Below, piece by piece: positions 1 through 9,256 of a stretch of DNA of 59,656 bases. Under the pieces are notes generated by a model that saw only the letters and a list, made by a program, of their open reading frames with translations, searched no databases and was not told the origin of the DNA. The position numbers and the translations under genes were made by a program. Origin of the DNA: Candidatus Heimdallarchaeota archaeon (GTDB lineage: Archaea > Asgardarchaeota > Heimdallarchaeia > Hodarchaeales > Hodarchaeaceae); contig RDOB01000010.1 of the NCBI GenBank assembly GCA_011364965.1, forward strand, positions 1 through 59,656. Direction: 5' to 3'. How positions within the stretch are numbered: the stretch's first letter is position 1; every line of letters begins with the position of its first letter.

Positions 1-338
1 TTCCCCGTTCCCTTGCGGAAAACGCAGGAATGGATCCCATTGATGTTCTTGTTGAATTAAGAGCTGCACACGATAAGGGCAATAAAAATTCTGGTATCGA
101 TGTAAATACTGGAAAAACCGTTGATGCACTTCAAACAGGCATCATCGAACCTTTACGAGTAAAACGCCAAGCTCTACGCTCTGCACGAGAAGCTGCTGAA
201 TTGGTTCTTCGAATCGACGATGTTATACAAAGCAAAGGTATGTCAGGAGGAGAAGGTGGAATGCCTCCACCAGGTATGGGTGGAATGCCTCCAGGTATGG
301 GTGGTATGGGCGGTATGCCCCCAGGTATGGGAATGTAG
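1..338 (+). CDS. ths: Thermosome (group II chaperonin) subunit, 3' part; runs in from the window edge
   Basis: Frame is open from nt 3 ([14 protein letters not shown]...EPLRVKRQA...LVLRIDDVI) and ends in a GGM-rich tail. Confidence 0.95.
   Translation, partial: PRSLAENAGMDPIDVLVELRAAHDKGNKNSGIDVNTGKTVDALQTGIIEPLRVKRQALRSAREAAELVLRIDDVIQSKGMSGGEGGMPPPGMGGMPPGMGGMGGMPPGMGM
255..335 (+). repeat. Coding repeat (PPGMGGM-type tail) of the chaperonin
   Basis: ccaggtatggg occurs three times; encodes [27 protein letters not shown]. Confidence 0.85.
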
Positions 339-349
339 GAGGAATCAAA

Positions 350-1978
350 ATGAGTTTACAAGGTACACCTGTTCTAATACTTAAAGAAGATTCCCAAAGG
401 ACTACTGGGAAGGACGCAATTAGCAGTAATATCGCTGCAGCGAGAGTAATCTCAGAAGCAATTCGTTCTGCACTTGGTCCTAAGGGTATGGATAAAATGC
501 TCTTAGATTCGTTTGGTGATGTAGTTATCACAAATGATGGAGCTACTATTCTCAAAGAAATTGACATTGCTCATCCAATCGGTAAAATGATGGTTGAACT
601 TTCCAAAATGCAAGATCAAGAAGTTGGTGATGGAACTACCACTGTTGTAATCTTGGCAGGGGAATTTCTCCAAAAAGCGGGAGAGTTATTCTCTGCTGAT
701 AAAATTCATCCCACTATTCTTGTTGAAGGTTTCCGTGTAGCTACCGAGAAAGCAATTGAATTTCTTAATGAAATGGCTATCGATGTTGATATTAAAGATG
801 AAACATTATTGACTCAGGTTGTAAATACTACAATGGGGTCAAAAATTGTTTCTCGTTCTAGTAATATGCTCGCTAAAATTGTGATTGACGCGGTGAAAAG
901 TATTAATCCTGGTAAAGGAAAAATCGACATCGAGGACATTAAAGTTGAAAAGAAAGAAGGCGAAGACATCGAATCTACTATTCTTGTAAAAGGTATTGTC
1001 CTAGACAAGGAAGTTGTACACGCTGGAATGCCTAAAACCCTCAAAAACCCCAAAATCGCCCTAATTTCTGAAGCTTTTGAAGTTTCAAAGACTGAATTTG
1101 ATTCTGAACTTAGTATCTCTGATCCTTCGAAAATTCAAGAATTCCTTGATCGGGAAACTGATATGATCAAGAGATTGGTTGATAAAACAATTGAATCGGG
1201 AGCTAACGTTGTCATTGCACAGAAAGGAATTGATGATGTAGCTCAACACCTTATGGCTAAAAAGAAAATCATGGCAATCCGTCGGGTCAAAAAATCTGAC
1301 ATGGAGAAACTTGCTAAAGCTACTGGTGCTAAAATTGTCAGCAAGATTTCAGACTTAAATGCTGATGACTTAGGAACTGCAGGAATCGTACGTGAAACGA
1401 AAGTGGGCGATGATGACATGGTTTTCGTTGAGGATTGTCCCCTTGCAAAATCTGTTACCATTTTAGTCCGTGGAGGAACTGAATTAGTAGTAGATGAGGC
1501 AGAGCGATCCATTCATGATGCTATCTGTGTTGTCCGTAATGTTTTTGAAGATAAAAAAGTAGTTCCAGGTGGCGGTGCACCCGAAGCTTATGTCTCTCGA
1601 AAACTACGCAAATTTGCCGAGTCACTTGTGGGTCGCGAACAACTAGCCGTTTTGGCTTTTGCTGAAGCATTAGAGGTAGTCCCAAGAACTCTTGCAGAAA
1701 ATGCAGGATTAGATCCAATCGATATCATTGTTGCTTTGCGCAATGAACACGAAGCTGGGAATACTAAGGCTGGTATTGATGTTCTTACTGGAAAAGTCAG
1801 AGATATGGACGATATTGTCGAACCTCTCCGTGTTAAAACACATGCCATCTCCGCAGCAAGTGAGAATGCTCAAATGATTCTAAGGATCGATGATATTATC
1901 GCCTCTAAAAAATCGGAAGCAGGACCTGGAGCTCCAGGTGGCCCTGGTGGCGATACGGGCGGCGATGACTTCGATTAA
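350..1978 (+). CDS. ths: Thermosome subunit (second paralog)
   Basis: [30 protein letters not shown] and LRIDDII motifs; AGGAGG SD upstream; acidic tail GGDDFD. Confidence 0.97.
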   Translation: MSLQGTPVLILKEDSQRTTGKDAISSNIAAARVISEAIRSALGPKGMDKMLLDSFGDVVITNDGATILKEIDIAHPIGKMMVELSKMQDQEVGDGTTTVVILAGEFLQKAGELFSADKIHPTILVEGFRVATEKAIEFLNEMAIDVDIKDETLLTQVVNTTMGSKIVSRSSNMLAKIVIDAVKSINPGKGKIDIEDIKVEKKEGEDIESTILVKGIVLDKEVVHAGMPKTLKNPKIALISEAFEVSKTEFDSELSISDPSKIQEFLDRETDMIKRLVDKTIESGANVVIAQKGIDDVAQHLMAKKKIMAIRRVKKSDMEKLAKATGAKIVSKISDLNADDLGTAGIVRETKVGDDDMVFVEDCPLAKSVTILVRGGTELVVDEAERSIHDAICVVRNVFEDKKVVPGGGAPEAYVSRKLRKFAESLVGREQLAVLAFAEALEVVPRTLAENAGLDPIDIIVALRNEHEAGNTKAGIDVLTGKVRDMDDIVEPLRVKTHAISAASENAQMILRIDDIIASKKSEAGPGAPGGPGGDTGGDDFD

Positions 1979-2030
1979 TCTCCCCCCCTTTTTATTTCCT
2001 TTTTTTTTATTGTAAAGCTTATTTTCGACT
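1979..2030 (+). terminator. Polypyrimidine/oligo-T terminator
   Basis: TCTCCCCCCCTTTTTATTTCCTTTTTTTTT directly after the thermosome stop codon. Confidence 0.7.
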
Positions 2031-2219
2031 CTTTTTTCTTTATAATAACCTTAAATCCATGTAGAAATTAGTTTTAAGGTAGTTTTGTCCAAAAACCCGT
2101 CCTGTTCCACTTTTATTGCAAAAAAATTATTATATCACAGACAATTTCTCCCTTTCATGTCCTGTAGAGTGAATTCTGTGGATACCTGTTTTTAATGAAA
2201 GAATTGGACTGAGTACCTA

Positions 2220-2552
2220 TTGCCATCCGCTAAACCAGATCAAATTATTTTAATCGGGCCTAAAATGCTCACAAGATTTGAATATGCCCGTATTTTAGGT
2301 GCTAGGGCGCTACAAATATCCATGGGAGCTCCCGTTTTAGTAGAATCTGATGAACAGAAAGCATCTGAGACCCAAGAAATCCTTCCAAAGGAGCAAGGGG
2401 ATCCATTATTAATTGCGGAGAAAGAAATTAAAAATCGCTTGCTTCCTATCCTAGTTCGCCGTTCTTTACCAAATGGACGTTATCAAGACATACCTTTAGC
2501 TTCGTTATTAAAACATGCTGGACGTAAGGGTGGAGAACTTATTAGAAATTAA
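2220..2552 (+). CDS. rpoK: RNA polymerase subunit K / Rpo6 (RPB6 family)
   Basis: [25 protein letters not shown] and DPLLIAEKE...[12 protein letters not shown]. Confidence 0.95.
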   Translation: MPSAKPDQIILIGPKMLTRFEYARILGARALQISMGAPVLVESDEQKASETQEILPKEQGDPLLIAEKEIKNRLLPILVRRSLPNGRYQDIPLASLLKHAGRKGGELIRN

Positions 2553-2694
2553 TGATAATTAAAAATATTGGAGGAGAAATGGTTTTCTTATAATTCCTCA
2601 ATATTATGCTCTAAATTCGAGAAATCTATTTATAATTTCGATTGGAAGATTCTCCGAATAGAAGCTTTTTATTAAATGATGAATTATTGCATAA

Positions 2695-3384
2695 TTGGAG
2701 GTTAATGAGATTCCTGACCCCTCTGATATTCAAAATCGCTATAAAGCTTTTGGGAAAAAGCTAGAGAAGAAAATAGAACATACTAGCTCTAAAGCTGATG
2801 AACTACTAAGTAAAGGCGCAATTAAGCATTCAACCACTAAATATTTGCCTGAGGATTTTTCTAATTACCTAATGAGTTTGAAAATCAAAACTGACCAATC
2901 AATTTCCATCCTACCAGAGAAATTCTTTAAGAAACCGATATTCTTCCATCGTGAGAAGTATTTTTCCCGTTTAGCTTCCGAATTGATAATTTCTGGATTA
3001 TCATATCAACGAGTGAATCTAAAACCATTAAAACTTGGTCTAATCGCAGAACTTTTTAATAAACATCGTCCGTGGTGGGATTTTCAGTTAAAAGATATTG
3101 AAAAGGCTTTGAATGTTCTCAAAAATGAAAAAATAATTCAAAAGACGAGTGAAGGATTCCTTTTCGAACCTATGAGTCTATCTATCGACATTCATGAATT
3201 TTTTTATATCGTTAACCAGCATCTGAACCCCTATGGGGAAATACCCATTAGATCCATCCATACATATATTCCTTGGAGTCAAGATAAAATCGAACAGATA
3301 ATTCGTACACTAAAAGCGAATAGTATTATCGTAGTAGACGATGCGCGGGATGTGCTTTATTTCCCTGAATATTCAAGAGGGTAA
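2695..3384 (+). CDS. ESCRT-II Vps22/Vps36-like (EAP30 domain) protein
   Basis: Colinear by eye with remembered SNF8/Vps22: RYKAFGKKL~KYKERGTVL, YFSRLASELI~FYYELGVQII, DIEKALNVLK~DLIRAIKKLK, PMSLSID~PAELNMD, PWSQDKIEQIIRTL~KWETERARQVLEHL, LYFP~YWLP; two winged helices. True start may be ATT at 2710. Confidence 0.75.
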   Translation: MEVNEIPDPSDIQNRYKAFGKKLEKKIEHTSSKADELLSKGAIKHSTTKYLPEDFSNYLMSLKIKTDQSISILPEKFFKKPIFFHREKYFSRLASELIISGLSYQRVNLKPLKLGLIAELFNKHRPWWDFQLKDIEKALNVLKNEKIIQKTSEGFLFEPMSLSIDIHEFFYIVNQHLNPYGEIPIRSIHTYIPWSQDKIEQIIRTLKANSIIVVDDARDVLYFPEYSRG

Positions 3385-3391
3385 ACTCAAA

Positions 3392-3688
3392 GTGGTATAT
3401 TTTACTCCTCCTAATTGTTTTAGCTTTTACGATAACAGAATTTTAATTTCTTGGTCAATCATCCAACCTCCAGAACTTCCTCCATTGAAGAATTTAACTT
3501 TCAGGATTAATTCAACCTCCACTCTTTCATTTATTCCACCTCAATCGGATTCTATTTCCTTACCTGAGTTAGATAATAATCATATCATTATTAATTGGGT
3601 AATTGAGAGACCTATGCAGCCAATAGAGGTTTGTATGTCTCTTGAATGTGATGTTACAACTGAAAAACATCATTTACGTGTTGAATAA
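3392..3688 (+). CDS. Small beta-rich (Ig-like?) hypothetical protein
   Basis: Track ORF 3341..3688; GTG at 3392 follows GAGGG and starts 7 nt after the EAP30 stop; alternating hydrophobic strands. Confidence 0.55.
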   Translation: MVYFTPPNCFSFYDNRILISWSIIQPPELPPLKNLTFRINSTSTLSFIPPQSDSISLPELDNNHIIINWVIERPMQPIEVCMSLECDVTTEKHHLRVE

Positions 3689-3814
3689 TAGAATAAACGT
3701 AAAGGAAAGGAAGATTGGGATGATATCAAAAAGCCATGATCAAACAAGATTAGTGCCGTCAGATTAAAATCGATCCTCAAAGATTTTAAAAAATCATTAG
3801 AAATAGACGTGTAC

Positions 3815-3827
3815 AAAGATTTTTATC
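3815..3827 (+). promoter_or_regulatory. BRE/TATA-like promoter of rps17e
   Basis: AAAGATTTTTATC about 30 nt before the ATG; similar AAG(N)TTTT(T)A motifs near 2662, 4168 and 5867. Confidence 0.5.
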
Positions 3828-3856
3828 GTTTTGATAACTAAAGGATATGAAATTCC

Positions 3857-4072
3857 ATGGGAAAGGTTCGAACATCTGCTGTAAAGGTAATAGCTCGGGA
3901 AATCTTGAGAGATTATGATAGATATTTATCCCCGGACTCATTTGAACACAATAAAGATATTCTATCCAAGGTCGTAATTGTTCATTCGAAACGCTTTAGG
4001 AATCAAATCGCAGGATATGTCACTCATCAGAAAAAGCTCCAAAAATTCAGAGACCTTTCTTATGAAGATTAA
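3857..4072 (+). CDS. rps17e: 30S ribosomal protein S17e
   Basis: MGKVRT..VK..AREI, FEHNK, SKRFRNQIAGYVTH. Confidence 0.96.
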   Translation: MGKVRTSAVKVIAREILRDYDRYLSPDSFEHNKDILSKVVIVHSKRFRNQIAGYVTHQKKLQKFRDLSYED

Positions 4073-4274
4073 TATATCTCATAGGAGTTGGATCCCTTAA
4101 TCCGACAGATTCTAAATTCGTTCTTTCGGTAATTCCATTTATCTAATTATTTTTAATTTATTATCAGAAGCTTTTAAACCAAGTCATAATCCTCTTCTTT
4201 TTGCATAAAAAAAAGCTCTTCCTTTGCGAGTCTTAACTGACCTTAGTCCATAATTAGCCTTTCAAGAATGCATA

Positions 4275-5021
4275 TTGGTGGTGTATTTAATAAACGGAGT
4301 TAAATCTGGTATTCCAGGCTTAGATAAACTCTTTAAATCTAATGAGTTTCCAAAAGGTCGTCAAATTCTTCTTATGGGACCTCCAGGGTCAGGAAAAACA
4401 GTTTTTGGTATCCAATTTCTTATTAATGGTGCTATTCACTCCGAAGAACCTGGAATTTTTATTACCTTTGATGATCTACCTCGTCATATCAGAGAAGATA
4501 TGAAATCGTTTGGTTGGAATTTAAAGCAGCTCGAAGTCGATTTTGATCCCCCCTTGCTAACGATGGTTGATGGGTTTTCTGCGCGAGTAGGATTGACAAC
4601 AGATGAACAATATACTATAAGAGCTAACCTCGATAGCTTACTTATGGTATTGACCGAAATCCTTGAAGAAACAGGGGCTACACGCGTATGTATTGACTCC
4701 TTATCTACTCTCAGCACGATCATTAAAGATCCAGTTCAAGTCCGGAAAGAGATTCTAACTATGGGAGCGATTCTCGGTGAACAAGGCTGTACAACCCTTC
4801 TAACAGCGGAACACGGAGAATGGGGAGTAGAAGAATATTCTTCACAAGGAATCATAAGATTAAGTTACGACGAGCTTCCAAGCGGTGAGTTTCGGAGAGC
4901 AATATTGATTCAAAAGATGCGAGGGTGCGAGCATGAATTTGGATGGCGTGAATTTCGCCTCACTAAAGATGGTATCAAGATATTCCCCGACCGAACCGTA
5001 GGACGAGGTCATTTGAAATGA
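4275..5021 (+). CDS. KaiC/RAD55-like single-domain RecA-family ATPase
   Basis: SGIPGLD, Walker A GPPGSGKT, Walker B VCIDSLS, KMRG; possible start ATA at 4290. Confidence 0.9.
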   Translation: MVVYLINGVKSGIPGLDKLFKSNEFPKGRQILLMGPPGSGKTVFGIQFLINGAIHSEEPGIFITFDDLPRHIREDMKSFGWNLKQLEVDFDPPLLTMVDGFSARVGLTTDEQYTIRANLDSLLMVLTEILEETGATRVCIDSLSTLSTIIKDPVQVRKEILTMGAILGEQGCTTLLTAEHGEWGVEEYSSQGIIRLSYDELPSGEFRRAILIQKMRGCEHEFGWREFRLTKDGIKIFPDRTVGRGHLK

Positions 5022-5194
5022 AAGACGCTCCTCTTGGGGTTTTAATTAAGATTAACAGCATTAAGGAACGATGCGGGAAATGTAATAAGGCTCTCACTCT
5101 CGAAACATACCTTGATCCACTCACAGAGAAGCGTTCTTATAGAATTTTATGTGATAACTGTAAGATTATTCTAGCTCCGGGTGATGATTTTTGA
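5018..5194 (+). CDS. 58-aa zinc-ribbon protein (not in the ORF track)
   Basis: MKDAPLGVLIKINSIKERCGKCNKALTLETYLDPLTEKRSYRILCDNCKIILAPGDDF; two CxxC; ATGA overlap with the upstream stop and TTGA overlap with the downstream start. Confidence 0.8.
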   Translation: MKDAPLGVLIKINSIKERCGKCNKALTLETYLDPLTEKRSYRILCDNCKIILAPGDDF

Positions 5195-5799
5195 TTGTGA
5201 TTCCGCTTGATGATATAAAATTCACATGTCAACAAAGTGGAAAATGTTGCTGTAATCCCAATATTTTGGTAACTTTAACCTATATGGATCTTTCTCGCCT
5301 TTATAGATTATTCGAGAATGATTTTCACCAAACTTTGAGGAGAATCACATTTTATCGTTTCAAAAAAAAAGATATTTCTCCAGATCTTTTAAAGAAGGTG
5401 GTCTTACACCCTATTCACAGCTCGCAAGGATATATAGTTCCAAGTTTAAAAAAACATGAAAATGGGGTGTGTACATTCTATTTCAAACCCAATTGTTCAA
5501 TTCATTCTGATCGTCCACTTGCTTGTAAGAATTATCCTATTGCATTTGATGTCAAAAATGACCAATTATATTGCATTTGGGCCAAAAATGCAAAATCTAC
5601 GTGTGCAGGTATAGGAATTGGAAACTTAATTCCTTTAAATGATCTCGAAAAGCAAGGCAGATATTTCCTAGAAGAAACAGAGAAACATAATCTGATTATT
5701 TCTGAAATTAACCATGAAGAATCTAAAGGAAAACCTCTTTCAGCTAGGGAAGCTCTCTGGATTCTCATTGCTTATGGTGAAAAACAGAGAAAGCTTTGA
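5191..5799 (+). CDS. YkgJ-family cysteine-cluster (putative Fe-S/Zn) protein
   Basis: FTCQQSGKCC, CTFY...CSIHSDRPLACKNYP, CAGIG. Confidence 0.85.
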   Translation: MIVIPLDDIKFTCQQSGKCCCNPNILVTLTYMDLSRLYRLFENDFHQTLRRITFYRFKKKDISPDLLKKVVLHPIHSSQGYIVPSLKKHENGVCTFYFKPNCSIHSDRPLACKNYPIAFDVKNDQLYCIWAKNAKSTCAGIGIGNLIPLNDLEKQGRYFLEETEKHNLIISEINHEESKGKPLSAREALWILIAYGEKQRKL

Positions 5800-5921
5800 A
5801 GCTTATCGAGGATTTACTTCCCGACTTAATAACCACTATTTTGTATTTATATTGATTATACCTACTGAAGGATTTTTATATGGGAATTTCTAGTTATACC
5901 TGCGTCAAATAACGAGGTTAA

Positions 5922-7586
5922 GTGAGATTCAGGATGAAAGATTACTCAAATTTATCTAAATGGGGAAACAGAGTCTCTGAACATACGAAACTGACTCCAC
6001 ATCTGCGGAAGTTCTTTTTCACTAGCATAGGAATGGATCCAGATGGGGGAAAAAAAGAATATGTCCATCATGCAGTCTTGGAGGATTATAAAAAAGAACC
6101 TAATCTTCCAAAGGAGTTCTTAGATTCTTTAAACAATTTTCTTAATCATGATCAAGTTATAGATGATTTTGGGATCAGACTCCAGAATTCTTTTGGACGA
6201 TCTTATCTTGATCTTCTACAAACCAGGCTCATGGATTTTCCAGCAGTAGCAGAACTTGTATTATATCCAAATAATCATGAAGATGTTAAAAAGATAGTAC
6301 AAAAAGCTAATGAATATAATATAAGAGTTTTTACAAGAGCTGGAGGTTCAAGCGTCACCCAAGGAGTTCAGCCTATTAAAGGATCAATTGTGGTCAACAT
6401 TACACGTATGAACAAAATTCTATCAATAAATTATGAGTCTCTGTGGGTAAAAACCCAAACTGGAATCATGGGACCAAAATTGGAGGAAGAATTGAACCAA
6501 GTTGGCTTAACACTTGGACATTTCCCCCAATCGTGGGAATTTTCTTGTGTCGGAGGATGGGTAGTTACTAGAGGAGCAGGTCAAAATTCTACATTATATG
6601 GAAAAATTGAAGATATGGTGATGGGAGGTAAGATGGTCACGGGAGCTGGAGACACTCTTGTTGTAAAAACTGCACCTGCTCGCGCTACTGGCCCTGAACT
6701 CACTCATATTATTTCAGGATCAGAAGGTGCTTTGGGAATTTTAACTGAAGTAGTCTTACGCGTGTGGAAACAACCAAAAATCATGAAAACATCTGGGTTC
6801 TTATTTAAATCCTTTGAAGACGGATTACTTGCGTTTCGTGAGTTGGTACAGGCAGGATATCGACCTGCAGTACTAAGATTGACAGATGCTGAAGAAACTA
6901 ATTATAATATCCAAGCATCTAATTTGATGAAAGATCCCCCATCAGAATCCTTTCTCACTAAGCATCTTCTTAATTTTCTTTTGAAGAGAGGTTATACTTA
7001 TGATTCGAGGGCAATGGCGATTTTGATTTTTGAAGGGGAAGCTGACCTAGTAAAACTTACCCAGAAAAAAGCGAAATTTTTTGCTAAACAGCATGGGGGA
7101 TTTAATTTATATTCAATTCCAGGAAAAAAATGGATAGAAACCCGATTTGAAACTCCTTTCTTACGAGATCCAATGGTTGATTATGGTATGTTAGTTGAGA
7201 CTTTTGAGACTAGTACAACTTGGGATAATGTAACCCATGTCTATAATAGAATTCGAGAAGCCCTTCAGTCAGAATCATCAGTAATTATGTCTCATGGAAG
7301 TCATTTTTATCAAAATGGATTAAACTTATACTTTACTCTCATTACCGCCCAAGAATCTGGAAATGAGATCGCACAGTTTTATCGGATTAAACAAAAAGTA
7401 TTAGATACGTTAATTGAATGTAATGCAACAATCAGTCATCATCACGGAATAGGAAGCTCATTTCGCCCATGGCTTTCTAAAGAAATAGGAATGGAAGGAA
7501 TAAAAATACTAAAATCGTTAAAAGAATCCTTGGATCCTAATCATATCATGAACCCAGGCGTTTTAATAACTCAAGAAGGTAATTAA
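5922..7586 (+). CDS. FAD-linked oxidase, alkyl-dihydroxyacetonephosphate synthase (AGPS/ADAS)-like
   Basis: GGSSV, GHFPQSWEFSCVGGWVVTRGAGQ..YGKIEDMV, GSEGALGI, ISHHHGIG, LDPNHIMNPG. Confidence 0.85.
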   Translation: MRFRMKDYSNLSKWGNRVSEHTKLTPHLRKFFFTSIGMDPDGGKKEYVHHAVLEDYKKEPNLPKEFLDSLNNFLNHDQVIDDFGIRLQNSFGRSYLDLLQTRLMDFPAVAELVLYPNNHEDVKKIVQKANEYNIRVFTRAGGSSVTQGVQPIKGSIVVNITRMNKILSINYESLWVKTQTGIMGPKLEEELNQVGLTLGHFPQSWEFSCVGGWVVTRGAGQNSTLYGKIEDMVMGGKMVTGAGDTLVVKTAPARATGPELTHIISGSEGALGILTEVVLRVWKQPKIMKTSGFLFKSFEDGLLAFRELVQAGYRPAVLRLTDAEETNYNIQASNLMKDPPSESFLTKHLLNFLLKRGYTYDSRAMAILIFEGEADLVKLTQKKAKFFAKQHGGFNLYSIPGKKWIETRFETPFLRDPMVDYGMLVETFETSTTWDNVTHVYNRIREALQSESSVIMSHGSHFYQNGLNLYFTLITAQESGNEIAQFYRIKQKVLDTLIECNATISHHHGIGSSFRPWLSKEIGMEGIKILKSLKESLDPNHIMNPGVLITQEGN

Positions 7587-7592
7587 ACTCGA

Positions 7593-9236
7593 TCATGCCT
7601 TCCACACAAGCGAATTTTTGTAAATTTGAATTTCTTCTTGTAACTTTTTCGTATCCCAGCCTAAAATCCTTGCCATTTGATTTGCTACAGTGTCAACGCA
7701 ATCTAGACCTTGATTAGCCGATAATTGGATCTGAGTTCTTCTCAACATAATATCATTAAGTGTTCGAGCTTTTTCTATTTCAATCATATAGTTTATTTCT
7801 GCTAAAATATATGACCGGTTTTCTGCGATTCGTTTACTTAATTCAGGAGACTCATTAATCTTTTCACAAATACGTGAGTAGTTTTTCCCATATACTAGGA
7901 GATGGGTTGCCACATCTTGGGGTAATTCGTGACGAATAGTCATATTTTCGATTGCAACAATAGTCCAATCCTCCCAATTTTTTCTCGAAGTAGAAACCCA
8001 GCCAAAAAGGGGTACTTTATCTGTAACACATTTATTTTTCTTATTAAAGAATTTATCGAGACGATCCACTAATTCTTTTGCCATAGCACGATAGGTTGTA
8101 TATTTACCTCCAGCTATTGCCATTACATTGGGCTTAAGTTCATAGATTTCATGTTTTCGAGAAACATCACTCTCAGATTTGGCATCAACAGGAAGAATTA
8201 AAGGTCTTAGACCTGAATAAGCACTCAATATATCCTCTTCCTTCAGAGTACCTGGAAATATCGTATTTATTGCCTGAATTAGGTACTCGATATCCTCTGT
8301 TTGAACAGGAATATAATCGAAATCTCCAGTATAATCAGTATCAGTTGTCCCTATCAGCAAATATTCGCCAAATGGAACCAAAAAAATGATTCTTCCATCT
8401 TCTACTGGAGCTACAACTGCGTAATCTTTATTATAGAATCTTTGTGTTATTATATGAATCCCTTTTGTTGGTCGAACTCGTTGGGTAGCTGTGGAATCAA
8501 AATTCTTAATTAATTCATCTGTCCAGTGTCCACAGCTTAATACGATGGATTTAGCCTTGATTTGAAATTCGATATTATTATCAAGCTTATCTCTTACAAG
8601 TACAGAATACATATTATCACTATTCTCCTTGAATGAACTAGCTTCGCAGTAGTTCATCACAACTGCGCCATGCTCTTCTGCAGATAGAATAATATCAAGT
8701 GTTAATCTAGCGTCATCCATTTGTCCATCCCCATAAAGTGCTACACCCTGAAAATTTTCTTCACGTACAGGTGAAGGTAAAAGAGCCCTAGCTTTCTCTG
8801 GTCCAATTATTTTGTGAAATGTATAGTTCCTAAAGTTTGCTAATATATCGTACAACCACATGGCTAATCGAATATTAAACTTATTTGTTTTATAATCTGA
8901 ATGAAGTGGAATTAGAAATTTTAAAGGACGGGTTGCGTGTGGAGCCATCTCTAGTATTTTTTTACGTTCAATCGATGCTTCTCTAACAAGTCCAAACTCT
9001 TTTTGCGCAACATATCTAAGACCTGCATGTACTAACTTTGAAGAACCACTACTTGTTCCAGATGCAAAGTCATTTTTCTCAATCAAACCAACCGAATACC
9101 CCCGGAGTATTGCATCGCGAGCTATACCAGCGCCAGTTATACCCCCGCCAACTATTAAAACATCAAAAACTTCGCTCTTTAACCTATAAATCCCTTCATT
9201 GCGAGTTTCCATTGCATTTTGCTGTTCTAATGACAT
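7593..9236 (-). CDS. glpD: FAD-dependent glycerol-3-phosphate dehydrogenase
   Basis: GGGITGAG, DFASGTSSGSSKLVHAGLRY, DGQMDDAR, GTTD, GLRPL, GGKYTTYR, RRTQ; ATG at 9236 preferred over 9257. Confidence 0.93.
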   Translation of the reverse strand: MSLEQQNAMETRNEGIYRLKSEVFDVLIVGGGITGAGIARDAILRGYSVGLIEKNDFASGTSSGSSKLVHAGLRYVAQKEFGLVREASIERKKILEMAPHATRPLKFLIPLHSDYKTNKFNIRLAMWLYDILANFRNYTFHKIIGPEKARALLPSPVREENFQGVALYGDGQMDDARLTLDIILSAEEHGAVVMNYCEASSFKENSDNMYSVLVRDKLDNNIEFQIKAKSIVLSCGHWTDELIKNFDSTATQRVRPTKGIHIITQRFYNKDYAVVAPVEDGRIIFLVPFGEYLLIGTTDTDYTGDFDYIPVQTEDIEYLIQAINTIFPGTLKEEDILSAYSGLRPLILPVDAKSESDVSRKHEIYELKPNVMAIAGGKYTTYRAMAKELVDRLDKFFNKKNKCVTDKVPLFGWVSTSRKNWEDWTIVAIENMTIRHELPQDVATHLLVYGKNYSRICEKINESPELSKRIAENRSYILAEINYMIEIEKARTLNDIMLRRTQIQLSANQGLDCVDTVANQMARILGWDTKKLQEEIQIYKNSLVWKA

Positions 9237-9256
9237 TATTATCACATATCTTCTCA

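Noticed and set aside
4275-5021. Circadian KaiC clock
   Set aside because: Single domain only; no kaiA or kaiB in the window.
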